Made by a program: the position numbers and the translations under genes | Shown here: positions 18,702 through 28,667 of the stretch, piece after piece | Position numbering within the stretch: position 1 is the stretch's first letter | How the letters are laid out: every line of letters begins with the position of its first letter | The notes under the pieces: model-generated | The model's input: only the letters and a program-made list of their open reading frames with translations | Told to the model about the DNA's origin: nothing | The model's database searches: none | Source: Oscillospiraceae bacterium | Lineage (GTDB): Bacteria; Bacillota; Clostridia; Oscillospirales; CAG-272 | Direction of reading: 5' to 3' | Length of the DNA stretch: 64,000 nucleotides | NCBI GenBank assembly: GCA_015064185.1 | Contig: SVSS01000005.1 | Location: 14,198 to 78,197 of the forward strand

Positions 18702-18777
18702 TGGCTGGGGCACTAGGATTCGAACCTAGGGAATGACGGAGTCAGAGTCCGTTGCCTTACCGCTTGGCGATGCCCCA
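18702..18777 (-). tRNA. tRNA-Gln(CTG)
   Basis: TGGGGCATCGCCAAGCGGTAAGGCAACGGACTCTGACTCCGTCATTCCCTAGGTTCGAATCCTAGTGCCCCAGCCA. Promoter TTGACA-17-TATAAT at 18835-18807. Confidence 0.97.
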
Positions 18778-18974
18778 AAATATAGATGTCTTACAGAACA
18801 AACGTAATTATAACAGAATGGGTTTTGGTTGTCAAGAGCTTTTTACAAAAAAATCCAAAAAGTTGTGCTGCTTATCAGGTAGTGTGCGCTTTGGCGGTTG
18901 CTTTTATACACGCACAAAAGGCAGAATATGTGCATACGATAAAATAAACAAACAAAAAGGAGTGTGATGGTGAT

Positions 18975-19181
18975 ATGACACTTGCTGACATGCGCACGGG
19001 AGATATGGGTGTGATCCTTACCGCCCCTGTCACTCTAACTCGGGTTTTGCCTTGCTTGGGTGAGCGTGTGCGCCTGATCACGGCAAGCGAGGGGCTTGTG
19101 TTAATTGATCTTGGTGGGATGCGCGTTGCGCTTTCTCTTGCAGTGGCACGGCAGATGATACTTACAACATATTATGAATAG
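18975..19181 (+). CDS. FeoA-like small SH3-fold protein
   Basis: MTLADMRTGDMGVI...GERVRLI...LIDLGGMRVALSLAVARQM pattern. No feoB adjacent. Confidence 0.55.
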   Translation: MTLADMRTGDMGVILTAPVTLTRVLPCLGERVRLITASEGLVLIDLGGMRVALSLAVARQMILTTYYE

Positions 19182-19273
19182 TGGCGTTTTCGACAATATA
19201 ATTTAAAAAAAGTTCTTGAAAAGCCACATATGATATGCTATAATGAAACGCAGACATCACACATGTCGCCTTA

Positions 19274-19350
19274 CTACCCATGGCACAGCTGGATAGCGCG
19301 TCAGACTCCGACTCTGAAGGTCCGCGGTTCGAATCCGCGTGGGTAGGCCA
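19274..19350 (+). tRNA. tRNA-Arg(CCG)
   Basis: Acceptor stem CTACCCA/TGGGTAG-G-CCA; anticodon arm TCAGA-CTCCGAC-TCTGA; GGTTCGAATCC. Promoter TTGAAA-17-TATAAT at 19216-19244. Confidence 0.97.
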
Positions 19351-19798
19351 AACAAAAAAGACCCCTCGTGGGTCTTTTTTGTTTGGTCCCTGCATCGGAT
19401 TTGAACCCCACCGCCGCAGGAACAATGGAATTAACACAGTACATATTGCGGTGGGGAAGAACGCCGTTCGCTTGGTGATGGCGGCACATGGCCGCCAAGG
19501 CGCTTCTTCCTACAAAATGCGAAGCGTTTTGTGAACGAATAGGCGGCAATGCCGACGTCCGCGTGGGTAGGCCAAACAAAAAAGACCCCTCGTGGGTCTT
19601 TTTTGTTTGGTCCCTGCATCGGATTTGAACCCCACCGCCGCAGGAACAATGGAATTAACACAGCACATATTGCGGTGGGGAAGAACGCCGTTCGCTTGGT
19701 GATGGCGGCACATGGCCGCCAAGGCGCTTCTTCCTACAAAATGCGAAGCGTTTTGTGAAGGAATAGGCGGCAATGCCGACGTCCGCGTGGGTAGGCCA
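19334..19798 (+). mobile_element. Two tandem 224-bp structured units, each ending in a 17-bp copy of the tRNA-Arg 3' end
   Basis: TCCGCGTGGGTAGGCCA at 19334, 19558 and 19782. The units differ at only 2 positions that I can see. Confidence 0.85.
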
Positions 19799-19956
19799 AA
19801 AAACGGCAAGCATTGGTTTGCCGTTTTTTCGTTCTTGCCGTTCTCTCCTTTTACTATTGAAAATTGAGCAAGTTGTTATTTTAACTTGCAAAAAATGTTA
19901 TAATATGTTATACTATATAAGCTTATGGTATTTGAACAAAACGACGGGAGTCTATT

Positions 19957-21312
19957 ATGGAACAAAAGAGAAGCTCATTTACGGGAAAGATTGGATTTGT
20001 TTTGGCGGCGGCAGGTTCTGCTGTGGGTCTTGGCAATATCTGGCGTTTTCCGTATCTTGCTGCTAAGTATGGCGGCGGTATTTTTTTGCTTGTGTATATT
20101 TTACTGTCGGTCACCTTTGGCTTTTCCTTGATGATCGCAGAGATCGCGATCGGTCGCAAGACCAAATTAAGCCCCATTGGCGCATTTCGTGCGCTTGACA
20201 AGCGTTTTTCCTTTGTTGGCGTGCTTGCTGCCGTGGTGCCCGCTATTATTTTGCCTTACTACTCGGTCATTGGCGGTTGGGTGATGAAATATATCGTCGG
20301 CTTTGTCGGGGGGCAGGGGTCTGCTATGGCAAATGACGCGTATTTTGGCAATTATATCGGTTCTGTTACAGAGCCGCTTGTGTGGTTTGCGACATTTATC
20401 GGTATTACCGCTTTGGTGGTGCTGCTGGGTGTTGACAAGGGCGTTGAGAAGGTAAGTAAGATCATGATGCCCGCACTCATTGTATTGGTGCTCTTTATTG
20501 CGATCTACAGTATGATAGCGGTTGACGGTGCTTGGGAGGGTGTGCTGTATTACATCAAGCCCGATTTTTCTAAATTCTCTATCATGACCGTTGTTGCCGC
20601 CATGGGTCAGCTCTTTTACTCGATGTCGCTTGCTATGGGTATTATGATCACCTTTGGCTCTTACATGAAAAAGGATATCAGCATCGAAAAGTCGGTGCAT
20701 CAAATTGAAATTTTTGATACGGGTGTGGCTTTTCTTGCAGGTCTTATGATCATTCCCGCCGTATTTGCGTTTGGTGGGGAAGCGGCTCTTGGACAAAGCG
20801 GTCCTAGCCTGATGTTTGTGACGCTCCCCAAAATCTTTGATACGATGCCGGGCGGCGCTGTGATTGGTGCGATCTTCTTTATCATGGTCTTTTTCGCCGC
20901 ACTCACCTCATCGATCTCCTTGATGGAAACCGTGGTATCGACGCTGCTTGACAAGGTTAAGATCAACCGCAAGCTGTGCAGCGGCTTGGTGCTTGTTTTT
21001 TGCTTGATCATCGGTTCGCTCTCCTCACTTGGTTACAGTGCTTGGAGCGAGTTTACGCTGATCGGCATGCAGATCCTTGATTTCTTTGATTTTATCAGCA
21101 ACAGCATTATTATGCCGATCGTGGCACTTGCAACCGCTATCTTTGTGGGCTTTTTCCTTAAGCCCCGCGCCGTGATCGAGGAGGTAGAGATTTCGGGCGA
21201 ATTTAAGCAGAAGAAGCTGTTTTCGGTGATGATCCGTTATATAGCACCGATTTGCATTCTTGCCATTCTGGTTTCCTCTGTGCTGAGCGCATTTGGCGTG
21301 ATTAAAATTTAA
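19957..21312 (+). CDS. Sodium-dependent transporter (SNF/NSS family)
   Basis: AAAGSAVGLGNIWRFPY, GGGIFLLVY, GQLFYSMSLAMG, AALTSSISLME. Confidence 0.93.
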   Translation: MEQKRSSFTGKIGFVLAAAGSAVGLGNIWRFPYLAAKYGGGIFLLVYILLSVTFGFSLMIAEIAIGRKTKLSPIGAFRALDKRFSFVGVLAAVVPAIILPYYSVIGGWVMKYIVGFVGGQGSAMANDAYFGNYIGSVTEPLVWFATFIGITALVVLLGVDKGVEKVSKIMMPALIVLVLFIAIYSMIAVDGAWEGVLYYIKPDFSKFSIMTVVAAMGQLFYSMSLAMGIMITFGSYMKKDISIEKSVHQIEIFDTGVAFLAGLMIIPAVFAFGGEAALGQSGPSLMFVTLPKIFDTMPGGAVIGAIFFIMVFFAALTSSISLMETVVSTLLDKVKINRKLCSGLVLVFCLIIGSLSSLGYSAWSEFTLIGMQILDFFDFISNSIIMPIVALATAIFVGFFLKPRAVIEEVEISGEFKQKKLFSVMIRYIAPICILAILVSSVLSAFGVIKI

Positions 21313-21351
21313 TGTAAAAATAAAAAAAGCCCGAAAGGGCTTTTTTTATTT

Positions 21352-22254
21352 TTACGCTTCGACCGTACTTGCCACGGCTTCCTTTTCTGCAAGGCAGGCA
21401 GAGTCAACGGATACCTCGTATTTGGTAACGCCAAGCACCGTTTCACCGTCGATCTGTAAAGCCACGGGTCTGTCAAACTCGACACAGATGTGCTTACCCT
21501 GATGCTCAGCCGCAAGGCTCTTGTGCTTGATGTGTCCGCCCTTCGATACCGAGGGGAATACAAGCAGCGTGTGAATTCTGCCCGCATGGAACATGACACC
21601 AACCGATACGTGATCGGCGCGGTCGCGGCGGTGCTGGTGGGGGGTGGGCATCAGTCCGCCACCGTAGTATCTGCCTACCATGGTGGGCGCGATCCATACC
21701 TTTTTATACTCATAGGTCTTGCCGTCTACCGTCACTTTCGCGTTGGTGGGCTTGTATTTGCCAAGCAGACCCTTAATGGCAATGGCGGAGTAGCTGACGG
21801 GCTTTTCTGAGGTTTTGCGCAGTTCGTCGCCAATTTCACAGCAGTAGCCGTCAAGGCCGTATCCGATGCCGTTGATAAAGCGATAGCTATTGCCGTTTAC
21901 CGTCACAATGGGCAGATTTTTGATCTCCTCGTTGATGCGCATGGGCGCTGAGCCGGAGTCCTTGCCGAAATCGCGCAAGAAATCGTTTCCGCTACCCGTG
22001 GCATAGTAAAGGATATCATTTTCAATACCGAGATCGTAGATCTCGTTGATAAAGCGATTGAGTGTACCGTCGCCGCCACATACGATGATCTTATCTTCGG
22101 GTGCAAGGTCATTTGCAAAATTGTGGTAATCTGTAATTGTGGTCATATCCACATATGTAAGCGGAGAAGTGTATTGTGATTGCAATTCCTCAGCCTTTTG
22201 CTTACCGGTGTTGTGACCTGCATGAGGATTGTATAAAATGTAGATTTTACTCAT
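21352..22254 (-). CDS. Diacylglycerol kinase family lipid kinase
   Basis: NPHAG, GGDGTLNRFIN, TGSGNDF, QIDGE. Confidence 0.9.
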   Translation of the reverse strand: MSKIYILYNPHAGHNTGKQKAEELQSQYTSPLTYVDMTTITDYHNFANDLAPEDKIIVCGGDGTLNRFINEIYDLGIENDILYYATGSGNDFLRDFGKDSGSAPMRINEEIKNLPIVTVNGNSYRFINGIGYGLDGYCCEIGDELRKTSEKPVSYSAIAIKGLLGKYKPTNAKVTVDGKTYEYKKVWIAPTMVGRYYGGGLMPTPHQHRRDRADHVSVGVMFHAGRIHTLLVFPSVSKGGHIKHKSLAAEHQGKHICVEFDRPVALQIDGETVLGVTKYEVSVDSACLAEKEAVASTVEA

Positions 22255-22510
22255 AATGCGATCTCCTTTTTGCAATATTACATCATCATTTTATCATAAA
22301 GAGGCTAGGTTTTCAACAAAGTTTGACACTTTTTTGTTAGACAATTTTCGGAATTTGTTCATTTTTTGGTGGCTTGTACCGCACTTTTTTGACGTATAAT
22401 GCCACTTGTTGCTTTATAAGGTCGAAATTTAAAATCAGTTTTGTGGGGTTTACAAAATGACTGCGTTTTGGTATAATTATTAATAATATGACAATGTAAG
22501 GGGAAAAGAT

Positions 22511-23911
22511 ATGTTTGACAAGATCATTGCGGCCGTTAACGATGCGCTGTATGGGTACATTTTGATCATCATTCTTGTTGCGGGCGGGCTTTATTTTACC
22601 GTTCGCACCAAGGGAGCGCAGTTCCGCTTGCTAGGCGCACAGCTGCATGCCGTCACAGAAAAGCCCAAGGACGGAAAGGGTGTTTCCTCCTTTCAGGCGT
22701 TGATGGTTTCCACTGCATCGCGTGTGGGTACGGGCAATATCATTGGTGTATCCACCGCACTTTGTCTTGGCGGCTTTGGCGCTATGTTTTGGATGTGGGT
22801 GATCGCAGCCATTGGCGGTGCTACGGCACTCATTGAAAGCACGCTTGCGCAGATCTATAAAAGACGTGGCCCTGACGGTGCTTACGGCGGACCTGCCTAC
22901 TATATAGAAAAGGGAATCGGTTCAAAGCCGCTTGCCATACTTTTTTCTGTGGTGCTGATCATCACGTACGGTATCGGCTTTAATATGCTTGCCTCGTACA
23001 ATCTGCAATCCACGTTCTCGGCGTATTCGTTTTACAACGCGCAGCAAACGCCTTGGATCATCGGTGCGGTATTGGCAGTGCTGGTTGGCTATTGCTTGCT
23101 TGGCGGCGGAAAGCGTATGATGAAGGCAACCGGTATTTTAGTGCCGATCATGGGCATTGCGTATATTTTGATTGCAGTTGTGATCGTGTGTATCAATATC
23201 AAGAGTATCCCCACCGTGTTTGCAGAGATCTTCACAAACGCATTTGATTTCAAGGCGATCTTTGGCGGCTTTAGCGGCTCTTGCGTGATGTACGGCATCA
23301 AGCGCGGGCTTTACAGCAACGAGGCGGGTGTTGGCTCAGCTCCGAATGCCTCTGCCTCTGCCGATGTGCAGCACCCCATAAAGCAAGGGCTTGTGCAGGT
23401 GCTTTCGGTATTCATTGATACCATTCTCGTGTGCTCAGCCACGGGCTTTATGTGCATGACCTCGGGCGTTGAGGCAACTGCAGAGCTTTCCGGCGCGCCG
23501 TACGTGCAGGCTGCACTCTCTGCTTCGCTCGGTACCTTTGGACCGATCTTTATTACAGTGGCAATGGTACTCTTTGCCTTTACCACGTTGCTTGGAAATC
23601 TTTACTATGTTGATCAATGTGTGTTTTATATTCTTGGCAAGGTTCCCTCCAAGAAGGTGCAGCATGCATATCACATTGCGGCAGCCTTGATCGTATTGCT
23701 TGGCGCAGGTCTCTCGGCAGATCTTTTGTGGAACATCTCGGATCTTACCATGGGCGTGATGACGCTTATCAATCTGCCCGTCATTGTGATCCTTGGTAAA
23801 TATGCCTTCCGCGCACTCAAGGACTATGAGAAGCAGCGCAAGGCAGGAGAGGATCCCGTATTCCATGCAGCCGATATTGATCTGCCGCATGAGGTGGATT
23901 ATTGGCAGTAA
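22511..23911 (+). CDS. Alanine/glycine:cation symporter (AGCS family)
   Basis: SSFQAL, RVGTGNI, GGPAYYI, GIKRGLYSNEAGVGS. Confidence 0.93.
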   Translation: MFDKIIAAVNDALYGYILIIILVAGGLYFTVRTKGAQFRLLGAQLHAVTEKPKDGKGVSSFQALMVSTASRVGTGNIIGVSTALCLGGFGAMFWMWVIAAIGGATALIESTLAQIYKRRGPDGAYGGPAYYIEKGIGSKPLAILFSVVLIITYGIGFNMLASYNLQSTFSAYSFYNAQQTPWIIGAVLAVLVGYCLLGGGKRMMKATGILVPIMGIAYILIAVVIVCINIKSIPTVFAEIFTNAFDFKAIFGGFSGSCVMYGIKRGLYSNEAGVGSAPNASASADVQHPIKQGLVQVLSVFIDTILVCSATGFMCMTSGVEATAELSGAPYVQAALSASLGTFGPIFITVAMVLFAFTTLLGNLYYVDQCVFYILGKVPSKKVQHAYHIAAALIVLLGAGLSADLLWNISDLTMGVMTLINLPVIVILGKYAFRALKDYEKQRKAGEDPVFHAADIDLPHEVDYWQ

Positions 23912-23968
23912 GTATTTATAAAAAAGGGAAGGCAAACGAAGTTCATTTGCCTTCCTTTTTGAGTTGAA

Positions 23969-24169
23969 GAGAGAGTGGGACGGCACGATGTGCCTATTCG
24001 TTTGGCAAATCCCTGTGGATTTGCCAGGAAAGAGCGCTCGTCGCCTGAACGGCTCCGTTTCCTTTGGAAAACCGCGCTCGTACCTCCCCACGCCGCGCAG
24101 GCGCGGCGCGAGTTTTTACCCACTCTCTCCGCCAAGCAAAAAAGCCCCCATTTCGGGGGCTTTTTTGCT
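23969..24169 (-). mobile_element. tRNA-Ser-linked structured unit (206-bp period)
   Basis: Inverted copy CCCACTCTCTCCGCCA at 24119-24134. Direct copy GAGAGAGTGGGA at 23969-23980 matches tRNA 24175-24186. Body homologous to the Arg unit. Confidence 0.8.
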
Positions 24170-24258
24170 TGGCGGAGAGAGTGGGATTCGAACCCACGGT
24201 CCCTTGCGGGATCACTAGTTTTCAAGACTAGCTCCTTAAACCGCTCGGACATCTCTCC
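24170..24258 (-). tRNA. tRNA-Ser(TGA)
   Basis: GGAGAGATGTCCGAGCGG...CTAGT-CTTGAAA-ACTAG, long variable arm, GGTTCGAATCCCACTCTCTCCGCCA. Confidence 0.97.
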
Positions 24259-24465
24259 ATATTCTGTTAACGCGTAACTAAAAGCAAGGTCAACCCTTTA
24301 AATATGCCTTCCAGCGCGACAACAAGGGTATTGTATCATATTTGGTAGCAGTTGTCAAGGTTTTGGCGGTGGTTTTTATCAGAATTGTAAAATGTGAATG
24401 CTTGGGAAAAATCCCCCCCGATTACACATTGTGCAATCGGGGGGATTTTATTGTTACACGTAGTA

Positions 24466-27400
24466 TTATGTGTTCTGCGAATAAAGCTCGCCCAAACGAA
24501 GCAGGTGCTCATAGCGTGCCTGCGCGGTTTCCTCAGCCTTGCTGAACAGTGTCTCTGCGCGCTCGGGGAAGGAGCGCGTGAGGGACGCATAGCGTGCCTC
24601 GTTCATGATGAAGTCACGGTAGCTAGCGGCAGGTGCCTTGCTGTCCATGGTGAAGGGATTCTTGCCCTCTGCCTTGGCGGCGGGGTTGAAGCGGAACAGG
24701 TTCCAATAGCCGCATTCCACAGCCTTCTTCATTTCAAGCTGGCAGTTCATCATGCCGCCCTTGATAGAGTGCATCTCGCAGGGAGAATAGCCAATGATGA
24801 GGGAGGGACCCGGGTATGCCTCTGCCTCAGCGATCGCCTTGATCGTCTGATTCATATCAGCACCCATAGCAATCTGTGCTACGTAGATATAGCCGTAGCT
24901 CATAGCGATCTCTGCCAGGCTCTTCTTGGCAATTGCCTTACCTGCAGCGGCAAACTGTGCTACCTGACCGATATTGGATGCCTTAGAAGCCTGACCGCCG
25001 GTGTTGGAGTATACTTCGGTGTCAAATACCATTACATTCACATCCTCACCGGATGCCAGCACGTGGTCAAGACCGCCAAAGCCAATATCGTAAGCCCAGC
25101 CGTCGCCGCCAAAGATCCATACCGACTTCTTGGAAAGGAATTCGCGGTTTGCAAGCACATCCTTGCATGCATCACAGTCGCAGTTCAGCGCCTCCAGCTC
25201 AGCCACCAAGGTCTTTACTGCGGCGGTGTTTGCCTCACCGTCATTTACGGTGTTCAGGTAAGCCTCACAAGCAGCCTTAACGGTGTCGGTGGATTTCTCG
25301 CAGTTAAGAATTTCCTTAACGTCCTCGATCAAGCGAGCGCGTACTGCCTTTTGACCCATATACATGCCAAAGCCGTGCTCTGCGTTGTCCTCAAACAGGG
25401 AGTTCGCCCATGCGGGGCCGTGCCCCTTGCTGTTTGTGGTGTAGGGAGAGGTTGCGGCAGGACCGCCCCAAATAGAGGAGCAACCGGTCGCATTGGAAAT
25501 ATACATGCGATCGCCAAACAGCTGGGTAATGAGGCGTGCATACGATGTTTCTGCACATCCTGCACAAGAGCCGGAGAACTCGAGCAGCGGCTTTTTGAAC
25601 TGGCTGCTGATCACAGTTTTGCCAACCGTTTCGGGCTTTTCGCTTACCTTGGCAACGCAGTAATCAAACGCCTCCTGCTGTGCAGCCTGGCTTTCCTGCG
25701 GTACCATCTTCAGGGACTTAGTGGGGCACACGCCAACACATACGCCACAGCCCATGCAGTCCAGGGGAGAAATGGCAAGCGTGAAGGTATAGTTGGTCTT
25801 AACAATAGGCTTGGGATGCTTTTTGAGTGCCTCGGGTGCTGCTGCCAGCTCCTCCTCGTTCATGGCGAAGGGACGGATGGTGGCGTGCGGGCAGACGAAG
25901 GAGCACTTGTTACATTTCGCACACGTGTCAGCATTCCATTCGGGAACCATGACGGCAACACCGCGCTTTTCGTAAGCCGATGCGCCCTGCTCAAAGGTGC
26001 CGTCTGCGTGGTCGATGAAGGCAGAAACAGGCAGGCTGTCACCGTCCATCTTTCCAACGGGCTTCATGATGCCCTCTACCATCTTTACCAGCTTTGCGGC
26101 GCCCTCGCCCTTAGAAGCCTGAACGGCATCCGTGGCATCAGCCCAATGGGCGGGCACATCGATCTTTACAAACGCGGTAGCGCCTGCGTCGATCGCCTTG
26201 TGGTTCATTTCCACAATGTCCATACCCTTCTTGGCGTAGGACTTGGTAGCGGCATCCTTCATGTACTGAATGGCATCCTCTTGGGGCATGACCTTTGCCA
26301 GCGTAAAGAATGCGGATTGCAAAATGGTATTGGTACGCTTGCCCATGCCAATTTGCATAGCCAGATCAATGGCGTTAATGGTATAAACTTGAATGTTGTT
26401 ATTTGCGATATAGCGCTTTGCCTCAGCGGGCATGTGCTTGTCAAGCTCCTCGGCAGTCCATTGGCAGTTGATCATAAAGATACCACCGGGCTTTACGTCG
26501 TTGACCATTTTGTAGCCCTTCAGTACGTAAGAGGGGTTGTGGCAAGCAACGAAATCAGCCTTGTTGATGTAATAAGGGCTCTTGATGGGCTTGTCGCCAA
26601 AACGAAGATGGCTGATGGTGATACCGCCGGTCTTCTTCGAGTCGTACTGGAAGTATGCTTGTACGTATTTATCGGTATGGTCGCCGATGATCTTGATGGA
26701 GTTCTTGTTTGCGCCAACGGTACCGTCGCCGCCAAGACCCCAGAACTTGCACTCGATTGTACCCTCTGCTGCGGTGTTGGGCGCTACCGTTTCAGGCAGT
26801 GACAGGCAGGTCACGTCGTCTACGATGCCGATGGTAAAGCGGTGCTTGGGCGCATCCTTTGCCAGCTCGTCAAATACAGCAAACACGCTGGAGGGAGGGG
26901 TATCCTTAGAGCCAAGACCGTAACGGCCGCCGATCACGCGGATATCGCCGCGTCCCTGCGTTGCAAGGGCGGTGACCACATCCATATAAAGAGGCTCGCC
27001 GAGAGCGCCGGGCTCCTTGGTGCGGTCAAGCACAGCAAGCTTTTTAACGGTGGCAGGGATCGCTGCAGCCAATTTGTCTGCGCAGAAGGGACGGTACAGG
27101 CGGCATTTTACAAGGCCGACCTTTTCGCCCTTTGCGGTGAGGTAGTCAATGACCTCCTCTGCTACGTCACAAATAGAGCCCATAGCAACGATCACGCGCT
27201 CTGCGTCGGGCGCGCCGTAGTAGTTGAAGATCTGATAATCGGTACCAAGCTTTTCGTTGACCTTTTGCATATAGCCTTCCACGATAGCGGGAACAGCATC
27301 GTAATATGTATTGCATGCCTCACGGTGCTGGAAGAAGATATCGCCGTTCTCGTGCGAGCCGCGCATCACAGGGCGCTCGGGGTTAAGCGCGCGCTTACGG

Positions 27401-28008
27401 AATGCCTCAACGGCATCCATGTCGCACATTTCCTTAAGATCTGCATAATCCCAAACCTGGATCTTTTGCAGCTCGTGAGAGGTGCGGAAGCCATCAAAGA
27501 AGTTGATAAACGGAACGCGACCCTTGATCGCAGCCAAATGTGCTACGGCACTCAGATCCATAACCTCTTGGGGATTGGTTTCTGCCAGCATTGCAAAGCC
27601 GGTTTGACGGCACGCATATACGTCGGAGTGATCACCGAAGATGTTGAGAGCGTGCGATGCTACGCAGCGAGCCGACACGTGAAATACGCAGGGCAGCAAT
27701 TCGCCTGCGATCTTATACATGTTGGGGATCATCAGCAACAGACCCTGCGAAGCAGTGTATGTGGTCGTTAACGCACCTGCGTTCAGCGAGCCGTGTACGG
27801 TGCCGGCAGCGCCTGCTTCGGATTCCATCTCAGACACCTTAACAGTGGTGCCGAAAATGTTTTTTTGTCCTGCAGCTGAGCACTGATCGACGTAATCCGC
27901 CATGGGGCTGGACGGAGTGATAGGATAGATGCTTGCAACCTCGGTAAACGCATAGGATACATGCGCTGCCGCAGTGTTGCCGTCCATGGTTTTAAACTTT
28001 CTTTTCAT
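24466..28008 (-). CDS. nifJ: Pyruvate:ferredoxin (flavodoxin) oxidoreductase, single-chain
   Basis: MDGNTAAA, YPITPSS, TASQGLLLMIPN, two CxxCxxCxxxCP clusters, GACAGC-like GSCAGC, GGDGWAYDIG. Confidence 0.97.
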   Translation of the reverse strand: MKRKFKTMDGNTAAAHVSYAFTEVASIYPITPSSPMADYVDQCSAAGQKNIFGTTVKVSEMESEAGAAGTVHGSLNAGALTTTYTASQGLLLMIPNMYKIAGELLPCVFHVSARCVASHALNIFGDHSDVYACRQTGFAMLAETNPQEVMDLSAVAHLAAIKGRVPFINFFDGFRTSHELQKIQVWDYADLKEMCDMDAVEAFRKRALNPERPVMRGSHENGDIFFQHREACNTYYDAVPAIVEGYMQKVNEKLGTDYQIFNYYGAPDAERVIVAMGSICDVAEEVIDYLTAKGEKVGLVKCRLYRPFCADKLAAAIPATVKKLAVLDRTKEPGALGEPLYMDVVTALATQGRGDIRVIGGRYGLGSKDTPPSSVFAVFDELAKDAPKHRFTIGIVDDVTCLSLPETVAPNTAAEGTIECKFWGLGGDGTVGANKNSIKIIGDHTDKYVQAYFQYDSKKTGGITISHLRFGDKPIKSPYYINKADFVACHNPSYVLKGYKMVNDVKPGGIFMINCQWTAEELDKHMPAEAKRYIANNNIQVYTINAIDLAMQIGMGKRTNTILQSAFFTLAKVMPQEDAIQYMKDAATKSYAKKGMDIVEMNHKAIDAGATAFVKIDVPAHWADATDAVQASKGEGAAKLVKMVEGIMKPVGKMDGDSLPVSAFIDHADGTFEQGASAYEKRGVAVMVPEWNADTCAKCNKCSFVCPHATIRPFAMNEEELAAAPEALKKHPKPIVKTNYTFTLAISPLDCMGCGVCVGVCPTKSLKMVPQESQAAQQEAFDYCVAKVSEKPETVGKTVISSQFKKPLLEFSGSCAGCAETSYARLITQLFGDRMYISNATGCSSIWGGPAATSPYTTNSKGHGPAWANSLFEDNAEHGFGMYMGQKAVRARLIEDVKEILNCEKSTDTVKAACEAYLNTVNDGEANTAAVKTLVAELEALNCDCDACKDVLANREFLSKKSVWIFGGDGWAYDIGFGGLDHVLASGEDVNVMVFDTEVYSNTGGQASKASNIGQVAQFAAAGKAIAKKSLAEIAMSYGYIYVAQIAMGADMNQTIKAIAEAEAYPGPSLIIGYSPCEMHSIKGGMMNCQLEMKKAVECGYWNLFRFNPAAKAEGKNPFTMDSKAPAASYRDFIMNEARYASLTRSFPERAETLFSKAEETAQARYEHLLRLGELYSQNT

Positions 28009-28306
28009 GGATATCTCCTCCTTTAAAAGGTTGAAAAATATTGATTTTGTGCAAATGGAATATAGATATCATAGTCCAAATGCACTACATAATTATAATA
28101 ACACAAATATATAGCTTTGTAAAGTGGGAACAATGTATTTTACTGATTTTACAGATAAAAATACGTAAAATTACAAAATGACTATAAAATGAGAAAAAAT
28201 TACAAATAACTCTTGCTTTTTTAAAAAAGTTGTGATACAATAGTAAGGCTATGTATGTTTGCGCCCTGTTTGGCGCTTGATTTTGAATATTTTCGGAGGT
28301 TTGAAA

Positions 28307-28561
28307 ATGAATCCTATTGAACTCGTTCTGGGTATTGTGTTGATGGTTCTTGCACTGTTTTTGATCGTTGCTGTTTTGATGCAACAGGACAAGGACAAAA
28401 AGCTTTCCGGTACGATTACCGGTGGCGCTGATACTTACTACGGTAAGGGCAAGGGCAAAAGCAGAGATAAGATTCTTGTGCGTGCTACAACGGTAGCAGC
28501 TATTCTCTTTGCTATTTTGGTAGTTGCAATGTACGTGATCGTTTCTATGATCAGCGGCTAA
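28307..28561 (+). CDS. secG: Preprotein translocase subunit SecG
   Basis: 84 aa; two TMs flanking LMQQ...LSGTITGGADTYYGKGK. Confidence 0.9.
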   Translation: MNPIELVLGIVLMVLALFLIVAVLMQQDKDKKLSGTITGGADTYYGKGKGKSRDKILVRATTVAAILFAILVVAMYVIVSMISG

Positions 28562-28667
28562 AATCAATATAAGCGGCGGCGGGGTGACCTGCCGCCGCTT
28601 ATATTTTGTAAAAAATCTGCATGATTAAAAAAACTCGCAAGCAGCGCTTGCGAGTTTTTTTGTGCAT

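Noticed and set aside
19334-19798. CRISPR array interpretation of the tRNA-linked repeats (also 18381-18660)
   Set aside because: The repeats are tRNA-derived, the intervening sequences are long and identical or homologous rather than unique spacers, and there are no cas genes.
19162-19891. Short ORFs overlapping tRNAs and non-coding repeats (also 23899-24277, 35546-36008, 41504-42296, 60493-61053)
   Set aside because: They overlap structural RNA genes or repeats and lack RBS and protein-like features.
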